Below are positions 1 to 13,859 of a DNA stretch of 64,000 nt, piece by piece. The notes under the pieces were generated by a model, which worked only from the letters and a program-made list of their open reading frames with translations, ran no database searches and was not told the DNA's origin. The number at the start of each line of letters is the position of its first letter. Position 1 is the stretch's first letter. The stretch is from assembly GCF_009834535.1 (NCBI RefSeq), contig NC_045697.1:99946001-100010000 (forward strand). The letters run 5' to 3'. Made by a program: the position numbers and the translations under genes. The DNA comes from Camelus ferus. Its lineage: Eukaryota.

Positions 1-129
1 CCTACGAGATGCCACTTTTAAAATTATTCATTTTATTATAGCTTTATCTCCACGCTCCCTTCTGCACCTGCACCCACACCTGTCCCTGCGCTTGCCCTCA
101 CCAGTAAACTCTTCCCATCTGCCTACTTC

Positions 130-990
130 AGACTATCCTATTTTCAAACCTTCTTTAGTCTAGAAAGAGCAAGCCCCCTCCTTGACCACTGAATCTCTTG
201 AGCAAGCGGTCTATACCTGCCCCTACTTCCCTTGCCTTGCTTTTCACGTGCTAGTCGATCCACTGCGGTGACCCAGCCTCTTATCACTCTGTCAAAACAT
301 GTCTCATATCACCAGACATTTTAATTGCAGTGACCTCTGGTCAGGTTCCAGCTATCAGCTGCGTGGCGATGATTACCAATTCCATATATCCTACTGGACC
401 AATGTCCAGTTAGATGTCCTGCAGGCAACTCAACTCAGCCTGATCAAAACTGAGGCTTCATCTCCCTTGGAAACACTCATCCTTCCCTCATCCCCATCTC
501 AGTAATTCCATGCATACTGTCACACCTCAGGGCATCAACTTTTCCCTTGTCTTTTCTCTAGCCCTCCTCCCACATCCAGTCTTCAGACTTCTCTGCAGCC
601 TCTCATCCCATGCCCAGCCACCTTCCACACATGTGATGGACTTACTTCCCCCTGTGCTTTCCCCTTCTGTTTCTCCCATCATGTTATTCCATCCTACTGA
701 ATTTGCATGAGTAATTTCTTCTACGTCTTAAGAGCCCAGCTCCCAGCAGCCTCTGCTAAGAGGTCTTTCCTACCCTCTCAGCCCACCTCCCCACCTGTGT
801 GCTCATGGCACTGTGCTCAGAGGACCAGAAGAGGTCCCAGCACATTATGCTGGAGTTGGTCGTGTCTACCTCATTTGCTGAACTGTGAGTGCCTTAGAAA
901 GTCTTTTTCAGTTTTGTATCCACACCCAGCAAAGTGTTGTGAAACCCTTGAAGTTGTTCAGAGAAGGTTAAATTTCATAAATGAATGGAT
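130..990 (+). mobile_element. L2 LINE 3' portion, highly decayed
   Basis: 'cagttagatgtcctgcaggcaactcaactcagcctgatcaaaactga' resembles the L2 ORF2 3' region; ends in a TGAA-like tail (ataaatgaatggatga). Confidence 0.6.
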
Positions 991-1037
991 GAGCTTCTTG
1001 TCTAAAGTCTGGAAGGCTCAGAGTCTCTGTCACTCAC

Positions 1038-1299
1038 CGTTTTAGAGCAGACACTTTTTTAGGAGACTTCTTTTTCAGTTTGGGCAGGGATCGGTCTTGT
1101 TCAAACCCCTCATTGTCTAAGAGCTGCCTCATGGCAATGTTGGCGAGCTGCTCCATTAGCTTGAAGGTCTCATTGATGTTGAGAAATACGGAGAAGAAAT
1201 GCTCGCTGGACCTTGTGCTCACTTTGATCACATCAGGCAGAAGCAGCGTGGCGTTTTTCTCCAGCTGAGTGATGTCCACCCACCGGATTACCAGCTTGG
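1038..1299 (-). CDS. TBC1D9: TBC1D9 coding exon 5 (262 nt, phase 1 to 2); end of first GRAM region and basic linker
   Basis: Translates (A)KLVIRWVDITQLEKNATLLLPDVIKVSTRSSEHFFSVFLNINETFKLMEQLANIAMRQLLDNEGFEQDRSLPKLKKKSPKKVSALK(R). Acceptor ...cctacactcAG at 1300-1301; donor GTGAGT from 1037. Frame continues from exon 4. Confidence 0.97.
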
Positions 1300-1713
1300 C
1301 TGAGTGTAGGAAACAAGGCTGGGTCAACATGCAGCTGCTTAAAATCCTTTCAAGATACTGTAATTTCACAACCCCATGCCCCAATCTCACTGAACTCCTG
1401 TGAGTTTCTGTGCCAGTATTTATCATTATTCTGTTAGTTTTAAGAGACAAATCTGGACCACAAAAATTCTGAGCTATGATTATTGTGGATTTAAGTCCAT
1501 GTCTGCTAAACGGATTATACCTTTGGTGACTCTTTATTACTTAGTAATCAATTTCTTTACAACTGTGGGATCAAAAATGATCGAATTCAATTGTTAAAAT
1601 CGTTACAAAATAGTGTTGGCTCAGTTACAACTACAGATAAATTGTTGATGTTTGGATGTGGCAAACCTCAACAGACTTTGCAAAGCTTCCCTCCAAGATC
1701 CTAGAGAACTTAC

Positions 1714-1942
1714 CTTCCCTACCCATGAGAAAAGAATAAAAGCAAAGGTGATTAATACTGAGGTACATCCAACCCTGACGGGGGACCTTCCCCTTCCAGT
1801 AGCTGCAGGAGTAGTAGTTGACGAGCTTCTCTTCCTCCGGCATTCCAAACAGCCTGTGGAATTTCACAATGGCTTCCTTGAACTTCTCTGTGTCATCATC
1901 CTCCTTCACATCATTGATTTTGTTATACTCTGCAATGATACC
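1714..1942 (-). CDS. TBC1D9: TBC1D9 coding exon 4 (229 nt, phase 0 to 1); start of GRAM domain 1
   Basis: Translates [76 protein letters not shown], a GRAM-type signature. Acceptor ...ccccttAG at 1943-1944; donor GTAAGT from 1713. Confidence 0.98.
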
Positions 1943-4900
1943 CTAAGGGGTAAAGCACAAAACACACAACTGGTATTAATATGACTAGAGCTACATTTTT
2001 CCGCATGCTGTACATATTGGAAAGGGGTGGAGGCAGACAAACTTCAAAGGCTAGAGTTTTTAAAAAACAGAGTATTTTCAAAGCCAACTCCCAAATTCTA
2101 AGCCAGTGAACAAGAGCAACAGAGATCTTATCATCTGTTTACTGGTACTAATCATTTTGATAAATTCACATAGAATGAAGCCCATAGTTTTATTTGACCA
2201 ATGAGGACATGGAAGGATTTTGTTAGTTCTACTGCTTTTCCTAGCTTATCATGATAGAGTCATCCCAAAGGTCAACTTCCATCTTTATCAAAAAAAAAAA
2301 AAAAAACAAAAAAACAAAACCAATGAAATTTCATCGTGAATTGGAAGGGAGGAAAGACCGAAACACCTGTCACTAACTGATTCTGGCCACAGACTCACTG
2401 TCTCAGGGCCGTGAATAACACCAGGGAACCTAACAAAAAGGAACAAGCAATCATTTGAGCAGAAAAGGAGTGAATGTGAGAGCAAAAACTTATATTAGAT
2501 ACATGATTTTTGATCAGTTGCACAGGAAACAAAATATATGCATAGCAAGTGACTGGCTTAATCTGTTTAATCATTATAGAAGCTTGAGAGGCCATTTCAT
2601 TGTTACCCAGTTCCTCCAGAGCTCCCTGGAAACTGGCTTCTGTGTATGTCTCTGGATAGAAAATGCTCAGTGGAATTCCACCTTTGACTTTGTAATCACC
2701 AAATCCTTCTCACCTCATCTTCATTTCCTCTGATATCAAGGTGGCACGAGAAAAGCATGAACTTTTGAGCATGGAAGTCTTGGGTTTGGACCCTGACAGT
2801 GTCACTGCAGCTCTGTGTGAATCTGGGCAACTTCCCGGGTTCCCCTTGACATGACTGAGTCCTCTGTATTTCAAGGACAGAAAATTGCAATTGTCTCATA
2901 CCTACAATTCCTGGCTCTCAGGCTTCCAGGATATCCTGGATGCTCTCTATATTTTATCTTCCTAAAATGGAAAATTCTTGTTAATCAAATTCTGAGTGTT
3001 TCCCTACTACCACCATATAACGTCCAAAATTGAAGACCAGACACACTTTTGATCCAACCAGCACTGCAACCTTTTCTCTCATGGTGCTACACTCGACAAG
3101 ATTCCCTGTTAGTTACTCTGCCCCAGCCGGCCTGAGGCACGCTCGGGGCCAGAATGTGTCATCTGTGCGCCACCTTCTTGCCTGGGGCCCTGCCATTCTG
3201 TGTGCCTAAAAACTAGCAGCAAACTGTTGTCTGTTTCACTAATCCCGCCTAACCTCAGTGTCTGGTCCAACGCCCACCTCCTTACGAGTCTTTTCCCAAC
3301 TATGACTGTCCTTCCTCATCTTAAGTACTGTTGATTCTCTCGGCCTGATGTACTGAAATTATGTCCTGAATTTTATTTTCACTGCCAGGCTTTCCACTCC
3401 GGTCACCGGCAGTTGTGGTAATCAGAAGTGATGGTGGGAGGGAGGAGAGTGAGGGCTTTAGACTTCTGCCATCTCCATCACTGTTCAATTCTAGTAAAAA
3501 AGCAAACTTGTAAACAATACCATAACAGCAAACACAACCCCAACGTAAGTCTCCAACCTATTTTCTATTGAGAAACCACCTCTTAGGCCCCTTTACACAG
3601 TCCAGGAATTACAGCAATGGCTTCCCAATCGGCACCTCCTCACGAGTCTCTCCACACTCTAATACATATTTTATACGACTACTTTCTGAAACAGAGATTT
3701 TCACTGTACCATTTCCACCTTAAAAATGTCTGTACGCTATCAGTGAAAGAAGGAAAAAGTCCAATCTGCGTCTTATGCCATAAAACCTCTCCTCAATCTG
3801 CCCACATCAACCTTTCCAGGTTCAGTGTAACTATCACACTCACTGTGAAACTAACCCAGGACTAAATAAGAACTAGCATTCTCGTCTCTATGTTCTCTTA
3901 ATTTATACGTCGGGTGAAAGTATTTTGTTTATATGTCCCTCTACCACTAAATATGCATTTCAAAGACAAATATAATGTCTCAAGTATTTTTTAATCACCA
4001 TATCTAGCACCTAAAATTTAATAAAAAGATTATTAAAAGAGTGTATGTTGTCTTTCCAAATTAGCATGCATTCTTAAGGGGCCATATCTTAGTCTTTATT
4101 TTGTTCTCCAGAGTCACAGATATCTAAATCTAAAATTGTTTAAGAGCTTGCAATCCTTGGGAAATTAAGCACCAAGTTGTCGACTGCTGTTCCTTTGTCA
4201 TTCGGGAGGGCTGAATGGCTGGCACTGGAAGAGGCAATGCACTTCCCTGAGAGCATCTGCGATAAGGTTATTTTTTCTAGTCAGTTTTGATACTAGCACG
4301 TGAGAGAACAGAGATGTCCACTTTGGTGGAGGCCAGGGGAGACGCGTTTTAGAGCTGGGCTGCTTTGGGGGTGAGCAGGCTCTGGTAGCGCAGGGAACTG
4401 TAGACAGCCAGGAGGCAGCATGAGGCCACTGGACCTCTGAGTCGGGGAGGAGAAGAAGTCAGTTCAGAGAGAGAAGGGATGGAAAAACCTTTCCCCGTTG
4501 GCAAATACACCTACAGCCTATGTGACATTTCAAAGTTATCAGTGCCTTCAGAGGGCCATCAAAAAATATGTAAGGATGAATGAAGAAATAAATGAATGAA
4601 TAGATGAAAAGAACTGAATAAAAAACCACTAATAAGAAGTAGCAGTTGGGTCCCTAGACAATCCCAATGGCCACTCAACTCAGAGTAACCTGGAGACCCT
4701 CAAGGCCAGCCTGCTCTTCTCCCGGGCTACTGTGCTGGGCTCTTACCTGAAGTCACAATAAGGAGACTATTAGAAGGGAGAGACATGTAACAAACCGAAT
4801 CACGCCCAGATGTCTTGAGTGGGAAAACACTAGGTTCACACTATGCTCTCTAAAGAACAAGTACCACAATCTCTAGAATGCTCATTGAAATTTTTAAAGA

Positions 4901-7097
4901 GAAAATGTTTTTAAATACGAGAAGATTAATGAAGACACAGAAGTGAGAAACATCACTCTGAAACACTCTGGGGCCCAATACACTAACATCAACAGGCCAG
5001 GCCTTACCAACTGGTTTCAATGGCAAGGATAACAGTCCCCAAATTCCCCCTCCCAGCGTCTCTACCTTCAGGAAAAGAGAGAGTCCCGAATGCAGAACCT
5101 CTTTTTAGTTTACCATAGTCTTTTAGCCAGGTGGACCAGATGATGGAACAAAGGGATGGAATTATCTCCTTCCTGTATGTTCTAAAGGTTCTGCATAATA
5201 TAAAACAGGTCACCCCGGTTCTAGGCAACAGCTCCGCGTAACTTTGGGAAATTACTACAATCCAAATATTCAGGCTGTCCAATAGAAATTTAAATACCCA
5301 AACGACATTGACAGGTAATTCACAAACGGGGGAAAATTAACTTAGGAGACATGAAAAAAGAAGTTCAACATTATAATCAAAGAGAAAATTAAAGCAATAA
5401 GACACAGTCTTTTTACTTATTAAATTTGAAAAACCATTTAAACAAGTGAAATGCTGAAAGTAAGCAATGGGAAAACTGCACAAGGATTCTAATGGACTGA
5501 CAATATCTACTAAGGTCCACGAAAAGTGCTTAAACTTATTTAATCCATTAACCAACATTTTGTAATCTATCCCAAAAGGGGGTGAAAAATTATAGGAAAA
5601 GCTGCACCAAAGGATTCACTATAGTATTGTTTGTGCCTGACTCCCATGAGTCTAAAAGCTGGGGTGACGTCTAGAAAGAGAGGAATGGTAAGGTCAATTG
5701 TGGGATAATATTCAGTTACTACAGTAACAACTAAAAGTTATATAACAACACAGTAGATACCAGAGAAGAAAGATATGCTAGAAAGTTATATGTACAGCAA
5801 GACTACCGTTATGATAAATATGCATATTAGAAATCTAGGAAGAAACAAACAAAAGTTATTGATGGTATTTGGATTCTGGTCACCTCTGTAGTTAATTATT
5901 TCATTTATAATTTATAAAAGTTAATTAGATCTCAACACAAACAAATAGGCTGGTTCCCTTCATTACTGGACAATCTGTGCATGTTTAAACCATTCATTTG
6001 CACATGAATGATGTTCTTTCACACTTAACTGCATTAGTAGCAATTCCTCCCTCATAATCGGTTTCAGGGGAATTAAATCTGACACTTCTGGTGTAATGGA
6101 AATGGTGAGAAGAATGGCTATTTGATATAATTTGTCCTTGCTTTATTATTTATTTCTCCTAACTACTGTCACTTTGAAGCTTCAGTGTCTTCCTATAGCT
6201 CTTTATTTGTACCTATTTCCCAAAGAAGACAACATTTGAGGGAGGACTATGAAAAGGTAACTGAGAACCTCAGTAGTAGCTCAGGGACAGAGAAGATGCT
6301 TTGCGTCTGTTCCCCCACCAGTCACCGCCCCCTTTCGCCCAGCCCCTCCTCAGACTCTCCTCATCTACAGAAATCCAGAAATTCATCTACTTCCCAGAAA
6401 TTTAGATACAGAACTTAGAAACCACAGGAAGATGTTAGCAAATCTGATTAATTTTATCAATAAAACTCTCAATGATTCAAGAATTTTTTTTGCATGTTGT
6501 TTTATTAACTTTCAAATACAAAACGTTCCAAAAAGAAAAAAGTCATCTATTATACCTAAGTTCTATATTCAACTACCAGTTAAACAAGGAAAACATGTTA
6601 TTCTTTTCTTTACTACCAGTAAAAAGCCAGAAGAATAAAGATAGATTCTTTTTCCAGCAGGATCAGAATTCAGTCTGGTGGGTCAGTAAACTATTTGCCA
6701 AACAGCTGTCTGTCATTAAGTATACTTCTTTAATTTAGTTAAGAATAATTTTTTTACTCAGAAGCTGCCATTTTTCCTAGCTTGACTGATCCTTTCCAAG
6801 GTTTTCCCCTCTCTCAATTTTTTTTATCTTCTTCACTACTCTTCTAATCATCTCTTTAGTAAGGATGGAGCAGAAGCTTAAATCGCCAATTTTAAAGCAT
6901 TGATAGACTGCTCATTTTGAAAGGTAAGGGGTTGAATAAAGGAAGGGGCTGTATCATTGCACCTGCTGTGGTACTCCTCGGTCCTCACTAATTCTATGTG
7001 GTCCAGTTAAAATTCCCCTTCAAAAACATCAGAATCCAAAGAGCAGTGAAAATCCATTTATACTTTTCTTCTTTTCAATCATAAAATTACTACATGT

Positions 7098-7210
7098 GAG
7101 GGCAGCTCAAGCTGGTGGAGGAGGAGGACCTGGAGCTTGCCTCCCTCCACAAGCACATCAAAATCACTACATATACATGTAGAAGTTCAGCAAAGAAGAA
7201 GAAATAAAAT
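7098..7210 (+). mobile_element. Isolated L1 5'-UTR head fragment (laurasiatherian/cetartiodactyl type)
   Basis: caagctggtggaggaggaggacctggagcttgcctccctccacaagcacatcaaaa...tacatgtagaa resembles the recalled L1 start CAAGATGGCGGAGGAGTAAGACGTGGAGATCACCTTCCTCCCCACAAATACATCAAAA...TACATGTGGAA. Confidence 0.55.
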
Positions 7211-7339
7211 ACAAACTGGCCACTCTGGAATTTTAATGAGAAACACTGTCAGGTCACTTCCTAGAATTCCTCCTTAACCCGGGTTTAAAGAAGGGCTTCT
7301 AACTATAACTGAAAAAACCAGGTGCTGTAACAGAAAGAA

Positions 7340-8841
7340 CTGGCTGATTTTGACTAAATAAAAAATTTTAAGTTTGGTGAAAACTATTGTGAGCAAAGTC
7401 AAAAGAAAAACAACAAACACATATAACTGATAAAGGGCTAATGGCCTTTTTTATTAAAAAGAGCTTTTAAAAATTAAGGAAAAATAAGACCAAAAGTCTC
7501 ACAGAACAAGAGGCAAAAGACATGAACAGTCTACAGACAGGGTGTAAAAATGGCCCTTAAACACATGAAAAGATGTTCAACTTCAGTCATAAATAAGATG
7601 ATACAAATGGAAACAGTACTAAAATATCTCTCCCCTTCAGACTGGTAAAAACTCGAAAGCTTGATAATCTACCTTGTTGGCGAGGCTGTGGGCAAACAGG
7701 CACTCCCATACATGCTCGTGGGAATGTAAAATGGGGAGGCGAAACTGGCAGTATTCAGCCAAACCATACATGCATTTACCCTTTGACCTGGCAACCCCAT
7801 TTCTACCAGTGTATCTTAAAGATACAGCCCCAACCATACACAAGTGCATATGCATGAAAACGTACATATGGAACATCATTTATAATTGCAAAATATTGGA
7901 AACTACATAAATGTCACAGAATAGAAGAGTAGCTGGATTATCTATGGTTCACACACATAGTATGCAGCTTAAAAAAGAATGAAGAGGGGGAGGGATATAG
8001 CTCAGTGGTAGTGGAATTGGAGAGTCATCATACTGTAAACCGTAAGAGCAAAGACTGGCTCCACCAAAAAATCACTGATGGATGCTAAATCAAGGGGGAG
8101 ATTTTGATGAAGAGCAGGATATTTGGGTAGCCTTAAAGTGTCTTCCTACAGAAAATTGCAAAAGTGAAATTAGTAACTCTACAGTGGAGAAACTGGCTAG
8201 CACCTTGCTGGGTTTTTATCACCAGTGGGTGGCAGATGGGTGTCAGGTGCCTCCAGAAATGATACTCTGAAAAGGACACAAGATCGCTTATGATGTCCCA
8301 TCCAAGAATGCATAATCTGAAGCAAATCTTCCAGAGACATCTAATAAAGTCCCAAAGGAAAAGTGTCCCATTAAAAAAAACAGAACTATACACTGAGAAG
8401 TATCAATGTCATAAAAGATAGACTATTGAAATGATCCAGATCGAAGGAGACAAAAGAGATGAAAACTAATCCAATAGCTTCCTAGACTGGCTCTTGCACT
8501 GGAGTGGAAAAAAAAAATGTTATAAATGACATTATTGGGTCAATTAACAAAATCAGAAAATGCGCCAACTATTACAGTATTAGTATTAAATTTACCACTG
8601 GTGATAGTGTTGTTATTTAATAGAATAGTCCTAATTCTTCAAAATACACACTGAAGTATTTAGGGGGAATTTCCTATAAAATAGAGTAACTGAGCACACA
8701 AATGGTAAAGTAAATGGGGTAAATTGTTAACAACAGGGAATATGGGTAAAGGGTCTACAGGTGTGTTTTATACAATTCTTATTTTTGCAAATTTTCTGTA
8801 AGTTTGGAGTTATTCCCAGTGGAAGGTTAAAAAAAAAAAAA
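7340..8841 (+). mobile_element. Old L1M (L1MC-like) ORF2 end and 3' UTR
   Basis: L1 ORF2 C-terminal motifs (catgaaaagatgttcaacttca; ttacctttgacctggcaacccca-like) followed by an L1MC-type 3' UTR ending in poly-A at about 8829-8841. Confidence 0.75.
7986..8011 (+). mobile_element. 5' head only (Pol III box A) of camelid tRNA-derived SINE
   Basis: GGGGGAGGGATATAGCTCAGTGGTAG closely matches the head of the full SINE at 43595; body and tail are absent. Confidence 0.7.
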
Positions 8842-8954
8842 CTCCACTACTCTAGAAAGAGCAAATCACTAAGTTGTACACCTAGAACTAACTAGTGCTA
8901 TAGTCAATCAGACATCAATAAAAAAAATAATAATATAATAAAATAAACCACTAC

Positions 8955-9073
8955 CTGTATTTTTCCTCTCACAAATGTGTTGATATCATTCTCATTTTCA
9001 AAGATGGAGAGTGTCTGCAGCAGATTTTGCTCGAGCCATTCCCAGTGTTCGGTGATTTCTTTTCTGGAACCAC
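8955..9073 (-). CDS. TBC1D9: TBC1D9 coding exon 3 (119 nt, phase 1 to 0); not in the ORF track
   Basis: Manual translation (G)GSRKEITEHWEWLEQNLLQTLSIFENENDINTFVRGKIQ. Acceptor ...cattcgaatAG at 9074-9075; donor CAG|GTAG from 8954. Phases join exons 2 and 4 in frame. Confidence 0.97.
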
Positions 9074-12000
9074 CTATTCGAATGTAAAATGATAACAGAA
9101 GTCAGAATTTAAAAGACACTTTAAAAATCATGGTTAACTTCATCCATATGCAGTGCCTTTAAAGAGAACTACTGTTCCCACCAGCTCTGCCTTTAAATGC
9201 TTTCTCTTCTCTAGGGGAGACACACAGAAATGCTCAAGGATGTGGAAACCTGAGAGTAAGTATTGTGTTATGGTCACATCTGATCAGGTAAGTCCAGAAA
9301 GTTTTCAGGACAATCTTCCAGAGTAGAAGGCAGCAATGTTTCTCCCGTTCGCTTTTCTGGATTGGGAGTTTAGCCCTATCCTCTTTTCTCCCTCCTAGGA
9401 CTGGCATGTAGATCTTGTTGGAGACTAGGTTACAGTTGTTAAGTTGCAACAATACAGAGCTTTGGTATGCCCCTGGAGAGCTGATGTAACCACCTCCTAT
9501 AATGGGCAAAAAATTATCCTCACTCCCTTCAATTATGAATGAGATGTGAAAATGGACTACAGCGAGGGAAGAGCAGCCCGGCTCTCACCAGCACAGCTGC
9601 CCTGAAACGCAACGGGATGAGGTCATCCTCACAGCCTCCATCCCGGCCACTACACTTCAGTCAGATACAAGAAGCATAGTCACCTCTCCTGGCAACCTCT
9701 AGATTTAAGCAACCTTAGCCTTGCAGCATATGTAACCCGGAACCCTGCTTCTGCTCACAACTGCAGGGCATAATAGGGATGCTCTCACGATGTGGTTGTC
9801 AAGGCACTGGAATAAATTCCTTTCCTCTTTTCTTTTCTTGCCCTGGGAAGGTTAATGATCTTGCAGAAGAACACTTAGTCAGAAATCATACATATATCTC
9901 ACAGATGTAAACTGTGGGCACCACTCATTCCAGAATTAAAGAGTGATTCTGTGATTCCCTTGATTCACCCCTTCATGCTCCTCCTTAGATTTCCAAGTTA
10001 TCTTTTTTATTGATTTCTTAAAAATAGCTTCTCTCTTCTCTGCCACCAGTAATTCAAGGTCTCTCAGCATCTCACTCTGATTCCTGGCCAGGAAAGGTAG
10101 GAGATACAAATGTATCCAGAATTGTACTCAGAACTGTGAGGAACAGAACTAAAATTTCTTAGAAAAGGAGAGGCAGGCTTGAGGAGTTTCAGATCCACTG
10201 TTCGAGGAAAGGAAGAACAAAACCAAACTCAACGTTCATTTTCTTTGACTTTATGCTTATGCAGAGGACGAAGAGCAAATTTCCGAGTGGAGAGGCAGCC
10301 CTGCAAGAACAAGTAAGAGGAGACTGTCTGGAGTTCTTCCTGCAGCTTCTGCAGCTCACTCATCCTGGGCTGCAGTCAATCGTGTGTGAAAGCCATGACT
10401 CTACTGTGCTGTCACGGCAAGAGCTAGAACTCAGGATACCTGGGTCCCCCTCCGTCCCTGCCACCAGCCTGGTGGGTGCCTTTAGACAGTTTGCCTCATC
10501 TCTCTCTGTCTCAAACTCTTTACGTGTAAAATGGAGACAAAAGAACAAAACAAAACCCTGACTCATCTCAGAGCAATTTAGTAAAAATCACAAGGAATAA
10601 TGTCTACAGATACACTCTCGAAAGTAGAAACCACTTTTCAGATGCAAAGTACAATGACCATTTGGAATATTTAGGGAATGAGTCACTCTGGAGTTTGCCA
10701 GGAGTGTTCAAACATTTTAGGCATAAAAATTTTAAGTTGGCATTGGAAAATTTTCTAAAACATACTGCGCCCTTCCTTGTCTGTAAACAGGTCACCCCCC
10801 ATCCCCAGCTGTGACTGGCTGTGCGTTACAGATAGAGCTCAGTCCAGCGTGAATGCTGGCCACATGCCCTGCACCCCACTGTCCCATCTGTGCCTGCTGG
10901 CCCTGTGAGAGGTTCGCACCTGAGGATGGAGGCACTCCAGGGACCCGCAGGATGGCAGAGATTCTGCAGACCCGCCGGGCACAGTTCCCAGCCTGATTCT
11001 GCCTCTCCTCCAGCCCTGCCTGCACTGATCCCAGATGTGCCTTCCACAGGCCGGTCTGCACACGTCTCTTAGCTCAGCTGGGCAGTCTGGCTGCTGACTG
11101 GTATTCCTCCATGCACTGCCCTTTTCCAGGTGGTCACACCAGGTACTTGACCTTAGAGTCCCTGTTACTCCGGTCTTGGAATCCAACCTCACTTCAACCT
11201 CACCGTTCCTCGGTCATCTTGGACAAAAAAGTCCAGGATAACAAGCCCCAGGGCAGACCAGGTGTGCCTCCACCTTTGCAGGTGCTACCTTCAGTTTTCT
11301 CTATGTGCATATTCATACGGGTACATCCTCCCATCCTGCCACACAGCCATTGTGGAAATGGTGTGTGTGCACATGCACTCATTCAACAAACATTCACTCA
11401 GACCTCTGATTTTCATGGGCATACCATGAAAGTCTACGGGGTGGATCCCTGTCATCAAGTAGCCATCTGGAGCACTCCTGTATTGAACTTCAGTTTACTC
11501 GCCACATTGTTTCCCCACCTGTTGGCTTCTCTGCTGCCCCAGGACCTCCTGCTCATCACCCTGTCCTGCTGTCCATCATGTCCACAATCTCCACCTGCCA
11601 GCACCTGCCACCATGCTCACTGCCAGCTCTTTTCTCTACTTCTTGCTGCCCAGGATGTAAATCCCCAAGTTCCTGTCTGCGATTACCCCCTCTGCCCCCA
11701 CCCCAACTCCTGCTGCTTGAGCTGCTTCTCTGCTGTCCTGCATCTCCTGTTGCTTCTCCCAGGCTTGTCAGTGTCACGTGAAAAGGCTGGCTCTCTGGAG
11801 TTATCTCCAGCCACTCACAGCTCCCATGCACAGGAAAGGTGCGAGATGGCAAATCTCAGTATCTTTAGTTCTCCAGCTCTTTCAGACCGCTTGGTGCCTG
11901 AGGCCTGCTTGTATACCACCAAAGAGGTGTCTGAGGTTTCTTCTGCCTCTATCCAGACCTAAGGTTCTAAAGTTCCAGAAGACTGGGCTGTAGATAACAA

Positions 12001-13859
12001 AGAAATTTGTGTACCATTATCACCATCACTGAGGAAAGAAAAAGTCACATATGCCAACAGCCAATGGTAGCTTCAGGAATTAACTATGGATTCCTATCTA
12101 TACCCAACAGACACTTGTCGGGGGAGTGATGTAAATGTACCTTTTACATTTCTATTTACTGTGCAAATGCACCATATTCTCTGAACACTTTCCTTAATAC
12201 ACAAAGAATAAATGAGGATGGTACTCAAGGCTCCAGGCTCTGGAAGTATGAGGATACCTATAAGGCAGGGCTGGAGTCCCTCCCCCGCAGACCAGACACA
12301 TTCTGAAGACGCTGATCTAGTAAAAATGATCTCTAGGAGCAGGTGTCCACTTCTCATCCCAGAACAAACGTCAGGTCCACGGAGCAAATATCCTGCTAAC
12401 AGTTTGAGAGCAACTGTCACTTCTGCCAACCCACTCTTTAAGAACCAGTAAGACTCCAGAAGAAACATGTTGGAATCCTTAATGTTCCGTATAAATGCCT
12501 CTTTCATTTCTCAAGAAAGTAATTACAAGGGCTGCAATATTTAAGAGCTTGGAACGTTCCTTTTGCTATTGTGCAAACTGAGATAACATGAGACTGTTTT
12601 GCCATGACTTCTGAAAAGAGGCAGGTCTATTTACCCAACAGTTTGAGCAAAATATGCTGGGCACTCAGAAGAGAAAGGAAGGGCTTGGCAGTCAACTTTC
12701 TGGAAAGGCTGCATTTACAGAGATACAGCAGGAAAAACAAGCTGACCTGACTGTGCAATCAGCCAGAACAACAAAGAAAGCTGTGTCGGGTATGAGACTC
12801 CTTCAGGAAATCCAAGGTAAAGTTTTCCACCATGGTCAAAACTGGATCAACACTTCATGGGCTTAAGATTATAGAGAAATTAATTTTGGAAAAATGAGAA
12901 TCTTTATCATTTGCAGTGTTATGTTTTGTTTTTAGAATACCAGCCACAGGCTCTGTGCATATATCTGGGCAAAGTTTAAATACTCCTCGCTAAGATGTGG
13001 AAAATACTAAATCAGCCTAGTCTAATCTCTCATCTAGTTTGAGATGTACCTTAAAGCACAAGAAATCTACTTGAAACTAAAAGGAAGCAGCATTAAGGTG
13101 GACCCACAAATTGATTCTATTGTATCTGGCCTCTGAGGATTAGGAACAAAGCCTTAGGTTCCCCACTGACAGATATTCGGTGGATATTTCTTTGCGATGC
13201 ATAATTAGTAATACAGTTTGGTTCTGGAGCTGTGGGCCTGATTTAAAAACATGAATTGGAGAATATCTAAAATGGTAAATCCCCACTGATGGAGCTTGTG
13301 TGCACGCATACGTGTAGGTATATATCTGTGTGTATGTGCAAAAACAATAACCACTCACGACAGCAGAAAACAAAACTAAGCAAAACAAATCCACCAGACA
13401 TCCCAGAGATTAAAAAGCAGCTAACCTAGTATTTTCAGATATCAGAACAGGATGCTTGGATCCCAAAGGTGATCTAGTCCTCAAATGAACAGCACTTGAA
13501 GCTACTTAAATAGAAGGAATCATCTTTTTTACGGCCTTATCCAAACACAGTCTTATTCACAGAGATGATAATTTTGGATTTTAAATACCAAAATTTAAAT
13601 ACTTTTATCTGTAAAGGTGAGAGTAATACCCAACACACTGGAGTGACACTTACTGTCCCCTGTAGTATTTACAAGGCCACCACTGTACTCTCTACATCCA
13701 GAAAAATGACAAACTCATATTTAGAGAGGGCAAGAGATACAACCCAAAATAATGTGGTGATTTGAACAGTTTAGAAACAAAAGGGAGATTTACATTTTAA
13801 AAATCCACATCCAATTAAAGCGAAAACTATAAACAGGTTAAATAGTGATAATGATAATG

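Noticed and set aside
11111..11962. 283-aa plus-strand ORF, the longest in the track
   Set aside because: Leu/Pro/Ser/Cys-rich translation of pyrimidine-rich intron with no recognisable domain; antisense to TBC1D9. Most likely a chance ORF.
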